Of a stretch of 64,000 nt of DNA, positions 1 through 13,635 are shown in pieces. Both the position numbers and the translations under genes were made by a program. The stretch is from Callorhinchus milii (lineage: Eukaryota). How positions within the stretch are numbered: position 1 is the stretch's first letter; every line of letters begins with the position of its first letter. The stretch spans positions 102,116,001-102,180,000 of the forward strand of contig NW_024704743.1 in the NCBI RefSeq assembly GCF_018977255.1. The letters are read 5' to 3'. Below the pieces are notes generated by a model, which was not told the origin of the DNA, made no database searches, and saw only the letters and a list, made by a program, of their open reading frames with translations.

Positions 1-1048
1 CTGTGAACTGCTGTGAGACATCCTTCCAAGGTTAAAGGTGCTGAATAAAATGTAAACTTATTGTTATTTAAAATTCATCTGAGGAACAAGAAAAAAATTA
101 GACCACTATTTAATCTTTCATCCAAAAGACAATGACAATGCTGCACTCCACTTCCCCATGACTGCACTGGAATAGTATCCAAGGCAAATAGCTTAAGTCC
201 AAACATACAGCTTGAACATAATGATCCATAACAAGTTTTACTGACACAACTGAAGAACTGGCATGGTTTACAGATACCATTAAATTATTCTCATCTAAAT
301 CAATGGTTTACCTACAACATCTTCAATACACACAGACATAAGCCTTGGACAACCCACCAATCAGATATTTTTTAAAAATTGGGACATATTTAAAGCGAAC
401 AATATAAAAGTCTTTAGAAGGCATGGGAGCTCTCAATATCAGCTGTAGTGTGAATGATATGTAAGCAACATTCTCTTTACTCTGGCCTGAAAAACAGGCT
501 TAGAACGAGATCCCCTACAAGCTCTTCAAGTGAGATTGCCAAATTTTCATGCCAGTTTCTGCCACGTTCTGGGCAGCTTTGCACACTGGACTCAAGCCCA
601 CTAGAAACTGGTCTGAGATTCATTACTCATTAGTTCTTCAGTAAAGTGTCAGATACAGAGGCATGAATGATTACAGGTTCTGTAGGGATTATTTTCTCCT
701 CTTTTTTTACTAATTTGGTGTAGCTGAGAAGGATGAATTAACACACTGGGTTATTCTGCAAATGCGTAAAATGAAATTATTACACTCAGTGGAAATATCC
801 CTCAACTGATAAGCCAGGGTACAATTATGTTTGCGGATTCTCAGTAAAATATAAATGTAATATTGCATTCATGCATCAAGCTTGTATGCTGGTGTCGATC
901 ACAATAAAAAAAAGTTGCTAGGTTTTAGACAGGTGGCAAGATAATCTTGTTGTCACAATATTGAAGCAAAATACGTTTCTGCTGTCTCCATAGAGCTTCT
1001 GTGGTACAATAATGCCTTTACTTTTAGCAGTGATGCTGTGAAATGCTA

Positions 1049-1520
1049 TTGGTCAGAAACCCGGATGTCTTGTTTGACCCTAAACTGTCTTTTCTCTCCC
1101 ATATCTGCACCATGACTGGCACTGCCTACCACCACCTCCGCCACTTCCTCACCCCTCAGGCTGTCGAAACCCTCACCCACGCATTTGTCACATCAAAGCT
1201 CGACTATGGAAACTCCCTCCTCATCGGCCTTTCCAACTCTTCCCTTCACAAGCTGCAGATCATCCAAAACTCTGCTGCTCATGTACTCTCACGCACCAAG
1301 CTCTCTGACCCCATCACTCCCACCCTCACCCAACTCCACTGGCTCCCCATCCCTCAGAGAATTGAATTCAAGATCCTCGTCCTCACTGACCTGCTGACTC
1401 CCTACCAACCTGCCTGTTCCTTCCGTTCATCGGGCTCAGGCCTGATCCATGTCTCTCGCCTGATCCTACCATCGGTGGCCAGCCTTTCAGCCTCTCTGCC
1501 CCCACACTCTGGAACTCCAA
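1049..1520 (+). mobile_element. L2 LINE ORF2 C-terminal fragment, degenerate
   Basis: ORF 1043..1540 encodes VRNPDVLFDPKLSF...HAFVTSKLDYGNSLL...LHWLPIPQRIEFKIL, the typical L2 post-RT region. Confidence 0.93.
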
Positions 1521-1613
1521 AATGTTGGATTTCCCTGTAGAGTAACACAAATTGTTTTTATCAATAAGAAAAATATTGGTCAGTAAATGGCCGCACACAT
1601 AATGCTTTACATA

Positions 1614-1742
1614 GATTACAGAGATTGTGCAGCATTGGAACAGGCCATTCAGCCAACTAGTCCATTCTGGTATATATACTCCACATGAGGCTCTACCAAT
1701 CCTAACCCCTCTCCCAAACCCCTTTATTCCCTTCTCCCTCCT
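1614..1742 (-). mobile_element. CR1-type 3' UTR/tail fragment
   Basis: gcagcattggaacaggccattcagccaac resembles the reverse complement of the CR1 3' tail seen at 13355 and 50880. Confidence 0.6.
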
Positions 1743-2165
1743 ACATTTTGAAAGCGCTTTAAGATGCCTTCCTGACGTGAAAGACGCTTTATAAACGTTA
1801 ATTTTATTGTACTGGAAATTACCTATGATAAGTGGGAGGGGTATTATGTTTCACTCTCCCCTCTCTTCCTGGTTTATGTCTGCTTCCTGGATGGCGAATG
1901 GCTTTCAAAGGTCGAAAGTGCTTCAACTAATCTGTTTCCAGCATTAATTTCCTAGTTAATCTTTCTGTTTAAAAATGATCACATGGTAATCAATTAAATC
2001 TGCTTGTGTTGATATGGTCATTGTGTTTCAACTCACTGAATAAAGACAAATATTAGTATAACTAAACCATGGTTAAGAAGCAAACTTAATAATGCTTTCT
2101 TTCATTTTAATTACTGGAATTGAAATTATTGGTTATCACAATGTATTGATAGGGATGACTCTAAC

Positions 2166-2352
2166 TTTTTTTGATCAGCCATGCTTAAGAATATCCAAAC
2201 CAACCTGAGAGTTCCATGCAGCATGCCATCTACAAATGGAAATTTTCATGGTTTGGAATGGGATACACACTGTCTCCCTGTCATCCTGCTTACCTAATTT
2301 CTGAGAGTAATAGGTGTAGATTGAGAAAAGCCAAAGTGTGGGGAATCAGGGA
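2166..2352 (-). repeat. Unclassified repeat family X, short copy
   Basis: atgcttaagaatatccaaacc...tacaaatggaaattt...gcttacctaatt aligns by eye to copies at 23888, 44359, 61311; T7 run at 2166-2172. Confidence 0.75.
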
Positions 2353-2744
2353 ATGACTCTGACTGATGTTAGAAGCAGCAATGTGGAAATGTAGACATTT
2401 AAAAATGGAAAGGTTCAGGGGACTGTCTAATGTGTCAAACTAATGCCCTTCCTGAGACCTGTAAATGAGACTAGCTCAGACTGATGTGATAAAATCCCTG
2501 GGTTCAGTAACTGATGGAAGGAAAATTGCTTTAAGCAGTTTCAACTCAATTCTTACAGCATGTATATCCAATACACTGAATTCCCCTTAATTTGGGATTA
2601 CTTACAATAAATTGACATTGTTATTTAAAGAAACCAAGAATGGCTGGTGTCTGATTTTGACAGGAAATTTAGCATAGGGCATTCCTCTCTGATTGCACTT
2701 ATAGGACATAACTGGGAGCTTTACACTGCATTTGGCTGTTTTAC

Positions 2745-3018
2745 TTCTTCCACTATTGACGGGCAAGCCTTCTGCCTCTCTGTCCCCACCCTCTGGAGCT
2801 CCATTCCACAGTCCCTCTGCCTCACCGCCTCCATTGCCTCCTTCAAGACCCATCTCAAGACCCTCCTCTTCGACCATGCTTTCGATCTTCCTGCTTCCCC
2901 CCCTGCCCTCCACCCTCCCCGACCCCCAGCTTGGGTCCAAAACTCTGTCTGTCCAGCACCTTGGGACGTCCTCCCAACATGAAAGGCGCTATACAAATGT
3001 AATTATGTTGTTGTTGTT
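2745..3018 (+). mobile_element. L2 LINE 3' end
   Basis: QAFCLSVPTLWSSIP...FKTHLKTLLF, then hairpin ttgggacgtcctcccaacatgaaaggcgct and (TTG)n tail. Confidence 0.9.
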
Positions 3019-3831
3019 ATTACTTCAGCTTCTGATGTTAAGAAAATTCTGGAAGATTCTAACATACATATATAAAAAAAACTACACTGATAATGCTCAC
3101 ATTCAGGAGCCCAAAAATGTGTATCAAAACAAAATGTTTGCTTGAAGAATAAAATGATCAGATGCAAATTACATTCCTTAGGACAGCTACCATTTAATAG
3201 ATATAAAATTCCTTTGCAGAAAGGCACAGTTATTTATTTTAATGTTCGCTGTCTCAGTGCCTGGGCTGTTGTGTTTTCCAGTTAACAAGTTTCTGCAAAG
3301 GAAATCAATATAAAGGTTAGCTACTGGAGGTGGGTACAATTTACAACACGTGATTAATTGGCTAACCTTGAAAGCTTTAAACAGGTTTTATATATCCCAT
3401 GTAATGTTTATACTTACAGTCAGCTTTCCGCCAGTGTGCACAGAAACCATAATTGTTACATTTCATCCAGTCAAGACTCTTCCATGTTTCCACATCTTCA
3501 AGCATCATCCATGCTTGGTATCAATTTATTTCCTTGTTCTCAGAGCCTAGGTGAATCCCATATGTTCTGAGTCATTTATTTTCACTTAAGCATTCATCAA
3601 TATGATAAAAGGTTGTTCTACAAGGGCATGTGCAAGAGATCTGACACTTGAGTACATGCTTGAGACAATTTCTGTGCAATGTTATTTGCATTGTGGGAAA
3701 TCATAGTCAAGCTTGCTTGTCATCAATTTACATTGTGTGGTATGTGTTTATTGCAGTTTATGGCACTAACATCTAAAGGATGAGCTCAAGTTTGGACAGT
3801 CACCTGTAAGTATCACTGAACAATATGTTAT

Positions 3832-4260
3832 AATAATTATTGATCCTGACATTTGGTACAATGCGTCATCACGTCACAAATGCTTCAAAGGCTTCACGGG
3901 ATTTACCATAAAATATGGTGACTATGTATTTGTAAACAAACGTGTCAGGCCATATCCCATAAACAAGAATGAAGTGAACGACCAATTTTATCTGGGGGAT
4001 TGTTAGCTAGGACACAAGGAGAAACTCCCCTCTCTTTTTAAATAGGAACATTGGATGTTTGATATCCAATTGGACAGGCAAATGGGACCTCAGTTTAACA
4101 TCAAAAAGATGGCACCATTGACAGTGCAGTGCACCTTCAGCATCACATTGGAATTTCAGCCCCAACTATGAACTCGAAGCCCCAAAGTGTGGCTTGAAAC
4201 CACACCCTTCTGACTCAGAGGAGAAAGTGTTACTGACTGAGCGACTGAGCCAAGGTGACA
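3832..4260 (-). mobile_element. SacSINE1-like tRNA/Deu-domain SINE
   Basis: Reverse complement gives head tgtcaccttggctcag...ctctgagtcagaagg..ttcaagcc, Deu-like body and L2-like tail. Confidence 0.8.
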
Positions 4261-6552
4261 GATGGCACCTATTGGAATAAGATAAAACTTAGAGGCTCTT
4301 TATATAACTGAATGGAGGCAATGACAACTTGTTTTATCAAATGTTCTTTTGTTCAATTATAATTTTAAATAATAACAGATGAATCTGCAGATGATTTAAA
4401 TTATTTAACCTTTAGATTTGCTGAATATCAATTTGGAAAAAAAAATCATGCCAGAAAGCAGAAAACATTGATTGAATTAAATGACAGTCATTCCTTTCCT
4501 GTCACGACCAGCATTTAAAAACAAATTCAGTGTCTGACAGGGATATACTTAGCCAGAGATGCCTTCTTTCAACACTATAAAATACGGTATAAAGTATATG
4601 GAAAATAAATGTGTTGAAAGCTAACAGTGTCAGCAGTGTCAGTCACACTATATTATCCTAAGGTGAACACATTAGGTACTGTGCAACTTTATATAATTTT
4701 ATACAGCACACATGGAACTTTGAACTTTGAACTCTCAAGAAAGAAGATGTCCCTATGTGCATATTATAAGAATAACGTTTAGTATTAGCCGAGGATCCAT
4801 CAGTTAAACTTTTCACAGTTTGGTAACTGAAATCACAAAAACATATTGTAATGGACACTGTGAGTGAGGAAGAGCCTGTGCCTGCTTAAAAGGGATGATT
4901 GAGCACCAAAGCTCTATCGTTTTCAGGAGCTGCAAGAACAAGGCCATGCCCCTCCTGGGACAAAGGTGTAAGGAGTGTGGCGTGTTGCTGCTGGGCTGTT
5001 GAGGTTTCCCCCTCTCTTCTAATAAATGCATAGCTGTGTAGGTTCATATCTGCTGGGGGTAGGGTTTTCTTTATATTTATGTGCAAGCTTATTTCCCCAC
5101 ACCAAAAGTTTGGACTTGGCACCAGCTTACGTAGGACTGTTGAAGCAGGAATCAGCAATTTAATAATAGGCAGCTTGAATCATTTAACCCACGGGTCACA
5201 TAATTCAGAACATTTCTACTTCTAATTGCATTCATAACACTTTTACCGCGAGTCAAATTTGAAGGCAATAACATCAATGCACTTTTGCCTAGTATTTCCT
5301 TCCTAAGTAACAAAGTGAATCCTAAAGGTCACACTACTATGTTCATTAATTTTGACAGCTACAATGACAATGGATTCTGACATGGGAAAGCACTTCAGTG
5401 ACATGTTTATACTCATTGGCAATCATGCAGATAAACTGCTTTGATGTTTGAAGGCATTTGGCATTTACAAGCTTCGGAACTTCAGCTTTAGTGCCAGTGG
5501 TCAACAAAGATCATTTCATTCCAAATCAGTATGGGGTGCGTTGAACTGGCACTGCAATTATGCCAATGTACATCACCGTTGGCTTGTTCAATGAGACCAG
5601 CTATGTCACTGCTACTTTATGCATTCAACAGCCAATACTTGATTTCACAAATATGAAGATTTCATTTTACAATGCAAAATGTCTGAATAATTTGACAATA
5701 TTAGAGATACAAACCGACATATGCCACAGTCTACCAACTGTAACCTTGAAATTTCAAAAAGGTTGTAACTTAAAATTAAATGTGATCGATTTACATCTGT
5801 AACTTCAGGGCATTTCAGGGTAAATTTTTCTTTTCACAGATAATATTTTATGAAGGCAGAATTACTTGGAACAATACAGCATGGTAACATAGATATGCCC
5901 GATTGATACTCCACCAAATTCCCTGGTGTCCTAGTCAGCAAACCGTATTTTGGAATACTTTTCTATATCATTTTGCAACAAGCCTGCTTTCCATAAACCA
6001 GCATATAATAATAATATTATTAATAATAATAATTCCTGGTTTGGTTATGCGTGCGTTTCACATCAGGAGGATATCTGAAAGTGTTTCACAGGATTTAATG
6101 TAAAGTATAGTGACTGTGATTTGTAGGCAAACAAAAACTATAAAAGGAAATATATTGACAGAGCTGAGACTTCTCTCTCTTCTGGGGTAAAATGTGATCA
6201 ATTAGCTCACAATACATAGATGCATGTTCTTGCCAAGTGGTTAAGATAAAGCTGAAAATATTGTAGATTTTGCCAGCATAATTCTGGAGAAATATCAAAT
6301 TTTAAAGCCACTCCAGGAAACAGACTAAACTACAATTACTATGCTCTGAAAAGACAGGTAGTGTTTCATGCTTGACTTTGTTCCCCTTCTATCAAAAGAT
6401 TTATCACTTCCCTGTTTACCCGAAAGCCTTAAAAAGGAAGCAACCGTAACAGAAAATGAATGCTATTGTTTATTATATATAACCCACTCTTTTTCTTTTC
6501 TAATAATCCTGAGACTCCATGGTCCTGCTTTTAAAATGATATAATAAGAAAT

Positions 6553-7194
6553 TAATAATAACCTTTACATTTGAGCATCTTATTGTGTCGTGGATGTGTC
6601 TTAAAGCAATGGATTTACTGCAAAGTGTAGTGACAATATTTTTAGGCATATGTGGAGGCCAATTTGTACGCAGCAATGTCCCACAAAAGCCATGAAGCAA
6701 ATGACCAATAATAATAATAATAATAATAATCCTTGCATTTGATATAGCGCTTTTCACGTCGGGAGGACGTTCCAAAGCGCTTCACAGAATAGACTGTAAA
6801 GTGAATTGACTGTATATTTGTGGGCGAACGCGGCAGCCAATTGCGCACAGCAATGTCCCACAAACAGTCGTAGATTGAAAATGACCAATTTATTATTGTT
6901 TTTTGTTTTGGAGGGATTATTATTAGGCGTGTGGAGTAAGGAAACTTGCCCAAGGTTTCGCCCTGCCTGGAATTGAACTCAGATCTCTCATATTTATTTG
7001 GCCAGACAGATGGGACTTTAGTTTAAAATCTAATCTAAAGAATGGCATCCATGAAAATGGCAGTGGATCTCAACATCGTATTGGATGTGGCAGCCTTGAT
7101 TATGAGTTCAGAGTCCTGCCTCCATACTCTGCAGGTTGAACCCACAATCTCCTGATTTAGAAGCAAGAGTGCTACCAAATGAGCCAAGCTGACA
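6553..7194 (-). mobile_element. SacSINE1-like SINE interrupted by a young SINE
   Basis: Tail and Deu part 6553-6706; head part ~6995-7194 ending gtgctaccaaatgagccaagctgaca. Confidence 0.75.
6707..6990 (-). mobile_element. Young tRNA-Ala-derived SINE, 5' truncated
   Basis: Near-identical to 19769-20087 and 55259-55580; (TTA)n tail; A-box half missing. Confidence 0.95.
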
Positions 7195-7799
7195 TTTACA
7201 GTGTAAAATGGAACCGTGAATTTTGTGTGTGTGTCTGTGTAGAATATATGTTTAAATGTTTGCCAATCATAATGACATACATACAGAGACTAAAAACATA
7301 CATTGTTTCTGTTCCTCGTTCTGATCAGACAGGGGTAAATTACCATTATTAGATCCAAGCCCTCCTGCTGTCATTGGTGTGCAACATTTATGGATTCATT
7401 TTGACTTGTGACATTTTTTTTGCATTAATACCCATTACTTTCACATTTTGTTTTGTATTAGACAGTCTGTGACAAGCAATAATAACACCCCAACATTATC
7501 CTTTGAAGAGGCATATGAGCTGAATACTTGCGTTACTGCTTGGCTCAGCCCCATATAACAATGCTTGGTTTGTTCTAAGGCTTAATTTTGTGATATATTT
7601 TCTATATTAAAATATTAATGTAACACAGGCTTTGTTTTCTAAGTTGTGGAAACATTTTATAAACTTAGTTCAATGTCAATCAGAAAGTGGTAGATATGTT
7701 GCAATGTCCCTTCAGATGTATTATGTATATTTTTAGTGACCTCTAATCTGTCTGTTGTATTTTTGTGTTATCATTGTATTTGCCAGTATGAAAAGCATA

Positions 7800-8075
7800 T
7801 CAATTTACAGTATAGAAGAAGGCTATTCAACCTATTGTGTCTGTTCTGGCTCTTTTAAGAACATTTCTTTCAATTCCATTTACCAACCGTTTCCCATACT
7901 CCTGTAGTTTGCAGCATTTTAGGTATTTATCCAGTTCCCTTTTGAAACCTAATATGAATTCTATCTCAACCACTGCTCCCGGCAGAGCATTTCATATTCT
8001 AACTGCTTGGTGTGTGAAAATATTCTCCTAACCTCCCCATTTCTTTGTTTGCATATCTTGTTTGCTAACTGTCTT
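7800..8075 (-). mobile_element. CR1 LINE 3' end, degenerate
   Basis: tttatccagttcccttttgaaa...gcagagcatttcatattctaac resembles the reverse complement of CR1 ORF2 end and 3' UTR. Confidence 0.75.
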
Positions 8076-8079
8076 AAAG

Positions 8080-8375
8080 GGAGTCCTACAGCTCAGTGGT
8101 TAGAGCATTCGCCTTGCAAGCGAGAGACCTAGGTTTGATTCTTGGGCAAGTTTCCTTACTCCACATGCCTGACATAATCCCTCAAGATAAAAAAACAATA
8201 ATAAAATTGGTCGCTTCAATCCACGACTTTTTGTGTGACACTGCTGTGCGCAATTGGCTGCTGTGTTTCATCCACAAATTTACAGTGAATTCACTTTACA
8301 GTATATTCTGTGAAGCGCTTTGAGATGCCTAGAAGACGTGACAAGCGCTATATCGAAATCAAGGATTATTATTAT
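8080..8375 (+). mobile_element. tRNA-Ala-derived SINE
   Basis: ggagtcctacagctcagtggttagagc head, Deu-like body, tail aaggattattatt. Confidence 0.92.
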
Positions 8376-8843
8376 TTATTGTTATAAATAATTATTATGC
8401 TACTGGTTGTTTCAGCATAGCAATTGCATCTGCATTCAACGTTATACATAGCACCTTCAGCTAATTGGATTTCCTCCAATATAATTATACATTGCAAAGA
8501 CGTCAATGCATAATGCTGACCTGAATTTCAATCTAATTATCTTCTTTATCCCTGGGGACTGTGCTATTTCAGGCTCTGTCATGATGCACTCCACCCTCTG
8601 CAGCTTCGAAGCAATCTAGTTGGGCTGGTTGTCAGTTCTCCTCAATATTGTAGGCGTTAGCCTACAAAATACATTCTACAGTAAATCCTGTGAAGGTTTT
8701 GAGATATCCTCTTAACATGAAAGGCACTATAGGAAATGCACAAATTAATATTTTTTATTTTAATATTAAATCTGACACGGCACCAAGAGCTGCTGTCATT
8801 TAATCTGGAACTATATCTTTGTACCATGTAAACAAGAGCACAT

Positions 8844-10012
8844 CAACAACAACAACAAGATTTCATTTATAGAGCGCCTTTCACGTCGGGAGGACGTACC
8901 AAGGCGCTGGACAGTTGGGTCGGGACCAGAGTAGGGGGGAAATGGTCAGGGTGAGGGGAGGGAAGGGAGGGAGCGAGGAGCGGGTAGAGAGTTGAGAGGG
9001 GAGCTGAAGGTACGGTTGAAGAGAAAGGTCTTGAGACCGGCCTTGAAGGAGGAAAGGGAAGAGGCGGCGAAGGCACTGGGGAACAGAGTTCCAGAGCATA
9101 GGGGCTGAGAGGCTGAAGGCCCGGCCACCGATGGTAGGGCGGTTAGGGCGGGGGATGTGGAGCAGACCGGAATGGGAGGAACAGAGGGTACGGGCAGGTA
9201 AGTAGGGGGATAGTAGGTCGGAGAGGTAGGAGGGAGCAAGGCCGTGAATGGCCTTGTAGGTGAGGATGAAGATCTTGAATTCGATCCTCTGGCGGATGGG
9301 GAGCCAGTGGAGGCGAGCGAGGGTGGGAGTGATGTGGTCACGAAGCCTGGTGCGGGACAGTACACGAGCTGCAAGAGTTCTGAATAACCTGCAGCTTGTG
9401 GAGGGAGGTGCCGGGAAGGCCGGCGAGGAGAGAGTTCCTGTAGTCCAGCCTTGAGGTGATAAAGGCGTGGACCAGTGTTTCATCAGCGTGAGGGTTGAGA
9501 TCGTGCAGTAGTCTGGCGATATTCTGGAGGTGGTGGAAGGCGGTGCCAGTTATGGCGCGGATGTGGGGAAGAAAGGACAGCTTAGGGTCGAACAGAACAC
9601 CGAGGTTCCTGACTGGGTTTGAGAGGTGGAGAGTGCAGCCTTAGATGTTGATGCTGTCAGCGCCAGAGGTACGGAGGTGCTGACGCGATCCAAACAGGAA
9701 GGCCTCAGTTTTGCGCACGTTGAGCTGAAGAAAGTTGTCTCTCGTCCAGGACTCGATGTCAGACAGGCAGGCTGTCAGGACATCGGTAGTCGTGGAGTTG
9801 AGGGTAGAAGAGGAAAGGTAGAGTTGGGTGTCATCCGCATAGATGTGGAAGTTAACCCCATGTCTGCGGATGATGTCACCAAGGGGGAGCATATAGAGGG
9901 TGAAGAGGAGGGGACCGAGGACAGAGCCCTGAGGGACGCTGCACGAGACAGTGCGGGGGCTGGAGGAAAAGCCGTTTGTGGAAACAAAATGAAGACGGTG
10001 GAAGAGGTAGGA
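8844..10012 (-). mobile_element. L2 LINE, 5' truncated (~1.17 kb)
   Basis: ORFs 9641..10159 ([20 protein letters not shown]) and 8881..9483; (CAA)n tail at 8844. Confidence 0.97.
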
Positions 10013-10186
10013 TCTAAATAAATCTGTACCACAACTCTTCGCAATGAAAATGGGAACGATACAGACCCAGTCGGAAAGAATGAGACGTTTCATGGTCTGG
10101 TCAGTAAGATTTATCAGTTGGAGGGGTTGAAAATACCACTGCACTCCCATGACTTGCACCAGAATCTATTATCTTCTTCTAGGCTC

Positions 10187-10209
10187 ATATATATATATAT
10201 ATATATATA
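10187..10209. repeat. (TA)n microsatellite
   Basis: atatatatatatatatatatata. Confidence 0.9.
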
Positions 10210-10699
10210 CTAATAAAACAACAATGTCTGCCAGCACATCAAGAAAGATCTCAATAACCAATTGATGTAAAGACATGATTTATGTCTCATTGAAAAGGTC
10301 TTGCTGCTAGGAGTGACGTGGGTATATTTGTATTCAGGTATCTCCTATCATTCACTAGTTACTTTCAGCTTTGTTACAGTTACACCTGGTGGCTGCCGAG
10401 TGGCATCTTGCATCACAGAGCACGCACGCAGCCAACGGGCAGCAGGAACAAAATAAAGAACACAGACAAAGCTAAGCCATGGCAAAAACTACAAAATTAA
10501 ATTTTTAAAGCACTGAGTACTTCCACTAAGTCCTCCCAAAAAAGCAACCTCTCAAAGGAGTCCTCTCAGTTGAATATAGATAAAGATGAAATATATGTCT
10601 GTGCATCAATCTACATTCCATATTGGATCCTTCGGTTACATGTGTAGCTGCAACAGGTACAGTTGGTATAAAATAACACAAGTCAAAGCATTTAAAGTT

Positions 10700-10922
10700 A
10701 CCTTGGACAAGTTTCCTCGCCTGATAATAATCCCTCAAGAAAAAAATAATAATTTGGTTACTCAATCCATGAGTGGGACATTGCTGCGTGCAATTGGCTG
10801 CCGCATTTCGCCCACAAAACATACAATCAATTTGCTTTGCAGTATATTCTCTGAAGCATTTTGAGACATCTAGAAGACGTGATAAGGCGCAGTATCAAAT
10901 GCAAGGATTATTATTATTATTA
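10700..10922 (+). mobile_element. tRNA-Ala SINE, headless, short-linker subfamily
   Basis: ccttggacaagtttcctcgcctgataataatccc...aaatgcaaggattattatt. Confidence 0.88.
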
Positions 10923-11019
10923 AAGGAAAGAGCAGCTTGTGGGGTTCAGGCAAAATTGATAAACCATTTTAACTTTGCTCTCTTAATTTATAATCCTGTT
11001 AATATGCTACTACCTTTGT

Positions 11020-11300
11020 GGAGTCCTGTAGCTCGGTGGTTAGTGCACTCACCGCGCAAACGAGAGACTTGGGTTCATTCCTGGCAGCGTGAAACCTTAA
11101 GTAAGTTTCCTCGTCTGATAATAATCCCTCAAGAAAAAAAACAATAATGATTTGTTCACTCAATCTATAAGTGGGACATGCAATTGGCTGCCACGTTTCA
11201 CCCACAAATATACAGCCAATTCACTTTATAGTATATTCTGATGCGAAAAGATGCGAAAAGCGCTAAATCAAATGCAGGGAATATTATTATTACTATTATT
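11020..11300 (+). mobile_element. tRNA-Ala SINE, short-linker subfamily
   Basis: ggagtcctgtagctcggtggttagtgc head; linker gtttcctcgtctgataataat. Confidence 0.9.
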
Positions 11301-11689
11301 CTGCCAATGTGTATAAGCTAATATTTCTTTTGCAATAATAATAAGAATCAGTTGTATGTTTAGTAGAGGTTATGCTAAAGTGTTGTACTTATATTGTTCA
11401 GAAGCAGAGAAATGAGCCTAGTGGCTCTTATGCTCTCTGAGCTCTTAAAAGATGTTTTTCAGATGAAACAATGTAATTGGATTCATATGTAATGCTTCCA
11501 CATGGATCAACAGTGCAACACCATAAACCATGAAGAATTGGAAATTTAAACAAGGCGCAAAATGTTCTGTTCATCCTATTGCAGGTGAATTGTATCTTCA
11601 ATTCTAGTGCTTATTCATTAATTGAAATTGATCAAAATCATATGGAATAACAGGCAATCTATTTCCTTGGGGTCTGTAAGCTGGTATCT

Positions 11690-12254
11690 CCTTGTAGATG
11701 AACAGGTTCAAATGTGATTTGTTTGGAGTTGAAATTGAGTCAACCCTCTGGTGGTGGTGTTGGTAGTTCAGTTCTTGATTACAATGGGTCTGCAGTAATT
11801 TTGGCACTACTATGACAGACCAGCAGCCGGGCTCATCTGTAGGACTTGGGGGAATAGATTGATCACTTGAGGCTAGGAGTCTTCCCACTCAGCTGATGTG
11901 TACACTTCAAACCAAAGCCCTAATAGGTAAGGTGGTCTAGTAGTAGAAGCAAAGGCACTTGCTAGACAGTACTTTCAATGGCTATGCAGATCTTGCTGGT
12001 TATGCTACAGCAATGCCTCATTGCACACTCTGGAAACTCCAAGCCTTGGCTCTTGTCAACCTGCACTAATGGTCTCTGGAATTAGGTAAGCAGAGTGCTT
12101 CCCTCTATGAAGAGAAGATAGTATGCAGTTCATTTCAAATGCAGTAATTTCCATTTGTAGGTAGCATGCATGGAGTTCGCAGTTTGGTTTGGATATGATA
12201 AAGCATGGTGATGAACTTTTGCATGTGTCTGACATATGGCTTAGTTTAAAAAAA
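11690..12254 (+). repeat. Unclassified repeat family X, long copy with A-tail
   Basis: Collinear with 59910-60445 (ttcccactcagctg, ccaagccttggctc, gtttggtttggat..aagcatggtgatg); A7 at 12248-12254. Confidence 0.8.
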
Positions 12255-12438
12255 CTCTGCTGACTTTAGTTTATTATTTGCTTCCTTTCCCTCTGCTTTG
12301 TTATTGTTGGTGAAGTTTTCAGTACCATGATCCTCTGGATCTCTCTTCCCAAACCATTTCACCTTGCCACCTTTCTCCTTACTTTCAGAAACCTTGTAAG
12401 TCCTCTGAGACACTATTCCACATGAAGGTCACTGTATA

Positions 12439-12600
12439 ACTAATAATAATCCTTGCATTTGATATAACGCCTTATCACGTCGTTGAGATTCTCAAAATGC
12501 TTCACAGAATATACTGTAAAGTATACTGACTAAAGTGATTTTGTGGGCGAAATGCGGCAGCCAATTGTGCTGTGGTGCTCAGCAATGTCTCACAAACACG
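12439..12600 (-). mobile_element. SINE 3' portion (Deu part plus L2-like tail)
   Basis: taataataatccttgcatttgatataacgcc...tgcggcagccaattg. Confidence 0.85.
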
Positions 12601-12796
12601 TTGTTGTTGGAAAAAGGTAACTTTTTGAGCATGCTTTTAAAACATAGTTCCCTTCTTGGTGTCCAACCTACATATGACAAGTGTTTTGAGATTTTCATTT
12701 ACAATAAATGCACTACATAAATTCAACATAATAACATGGTGTTGCAGTACAAGACTGCTATAATTAACAGAATCTTGTAGATTTGGGTCATAAGGT

Positions 12797-12945
12797 CTTA
12801 GCCTGGTTCAATTGGTAGCACTCTTGTCTCCGATTCAGACGATTCTGGGTTCAAACCTTATATTAGGAATTTAAACTCATACAGCCTTAGGTGACATTAC
12901 AATACAGTTCTGAATGTGCGCTGTATTGATTGAGGTGCTGTCTGA
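12797..12945 (+). mobile_element. SacSINE1-like SINE head
   Basis: agcctggttcaattggtagcactcttgtctccgattcagacgattctgggttcaaacc. Confidence 0.7.
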
Positions 12946-13354
12946 TTCAACAACCCACAAGATAAAATAGGTAGACAGGACCTTGGCTTCATGTCTCATC
13001 CAATAGAAGGTACCTCAATCAATACAGCACACTCCCAAGGAGTCTAAGGAAGATAGAAGACGTATTTTAACCATAATCTGCTGCAAACCTAAAAATCTGG
13101 AAGAATACACAATGGAAATCCTTGGTTAGCTGGCTAATTAAAACTAGCAAACAAAAAAAATCTGTTTCCAACTTGGCATCAGCACTTGGTACAAACTTGG
13201 GAATTCCTATCTTCAGCAGAAGCTGGGAATTTCATTTTGTTAATGAATATGACAATAGAATCAATCAGATGATTCCTGCAAGCATTGCTATTGACTTGGG
13301 GAAATCATTGTAGAAAACTGTAGATTGTAGAAGAGCAATTGGAGCATTAGGTTA

Positions 13355-13635
13355 GCATAGAATCATACAGCACAGAAGGAGGCCATTCGGCCCATCGTGT
13401 CTGTGCCGGCTCTTTGAAAACAGCTATCCAAATCAATCCCGCTCCCCCGCTCTCTCCCCATAGCCCTGCAAACTTGTCCTCCCCAAATAATTATCTACTT
13501 CTCTCTTAAAAGCTGTTGTCGAATTGGCTTCCATTACCCTTTTAAGCAATGCATTTCAGATCTGAACAACTCTCTGTGTTTTTAAAAAAATTCTCCTCAC
13601 CTCCTCTCTGTTTCTTTCAACAACAATTCTAAATC
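13355..13635 (-). mobile_element. CR1 LINE 3' end
   Basis: atagaatcatacagcacagaaggaggccattcggcccatcgtgtctgtgccggctctttg is the reverse complement of a CR1-type 3' tail. Confidence 0.88.

Noticed and set aside
11604..11888. 94-aa minus ORF
   Set aside because: Lies mostly within a family X copy, and the frame is not kept in other copies.
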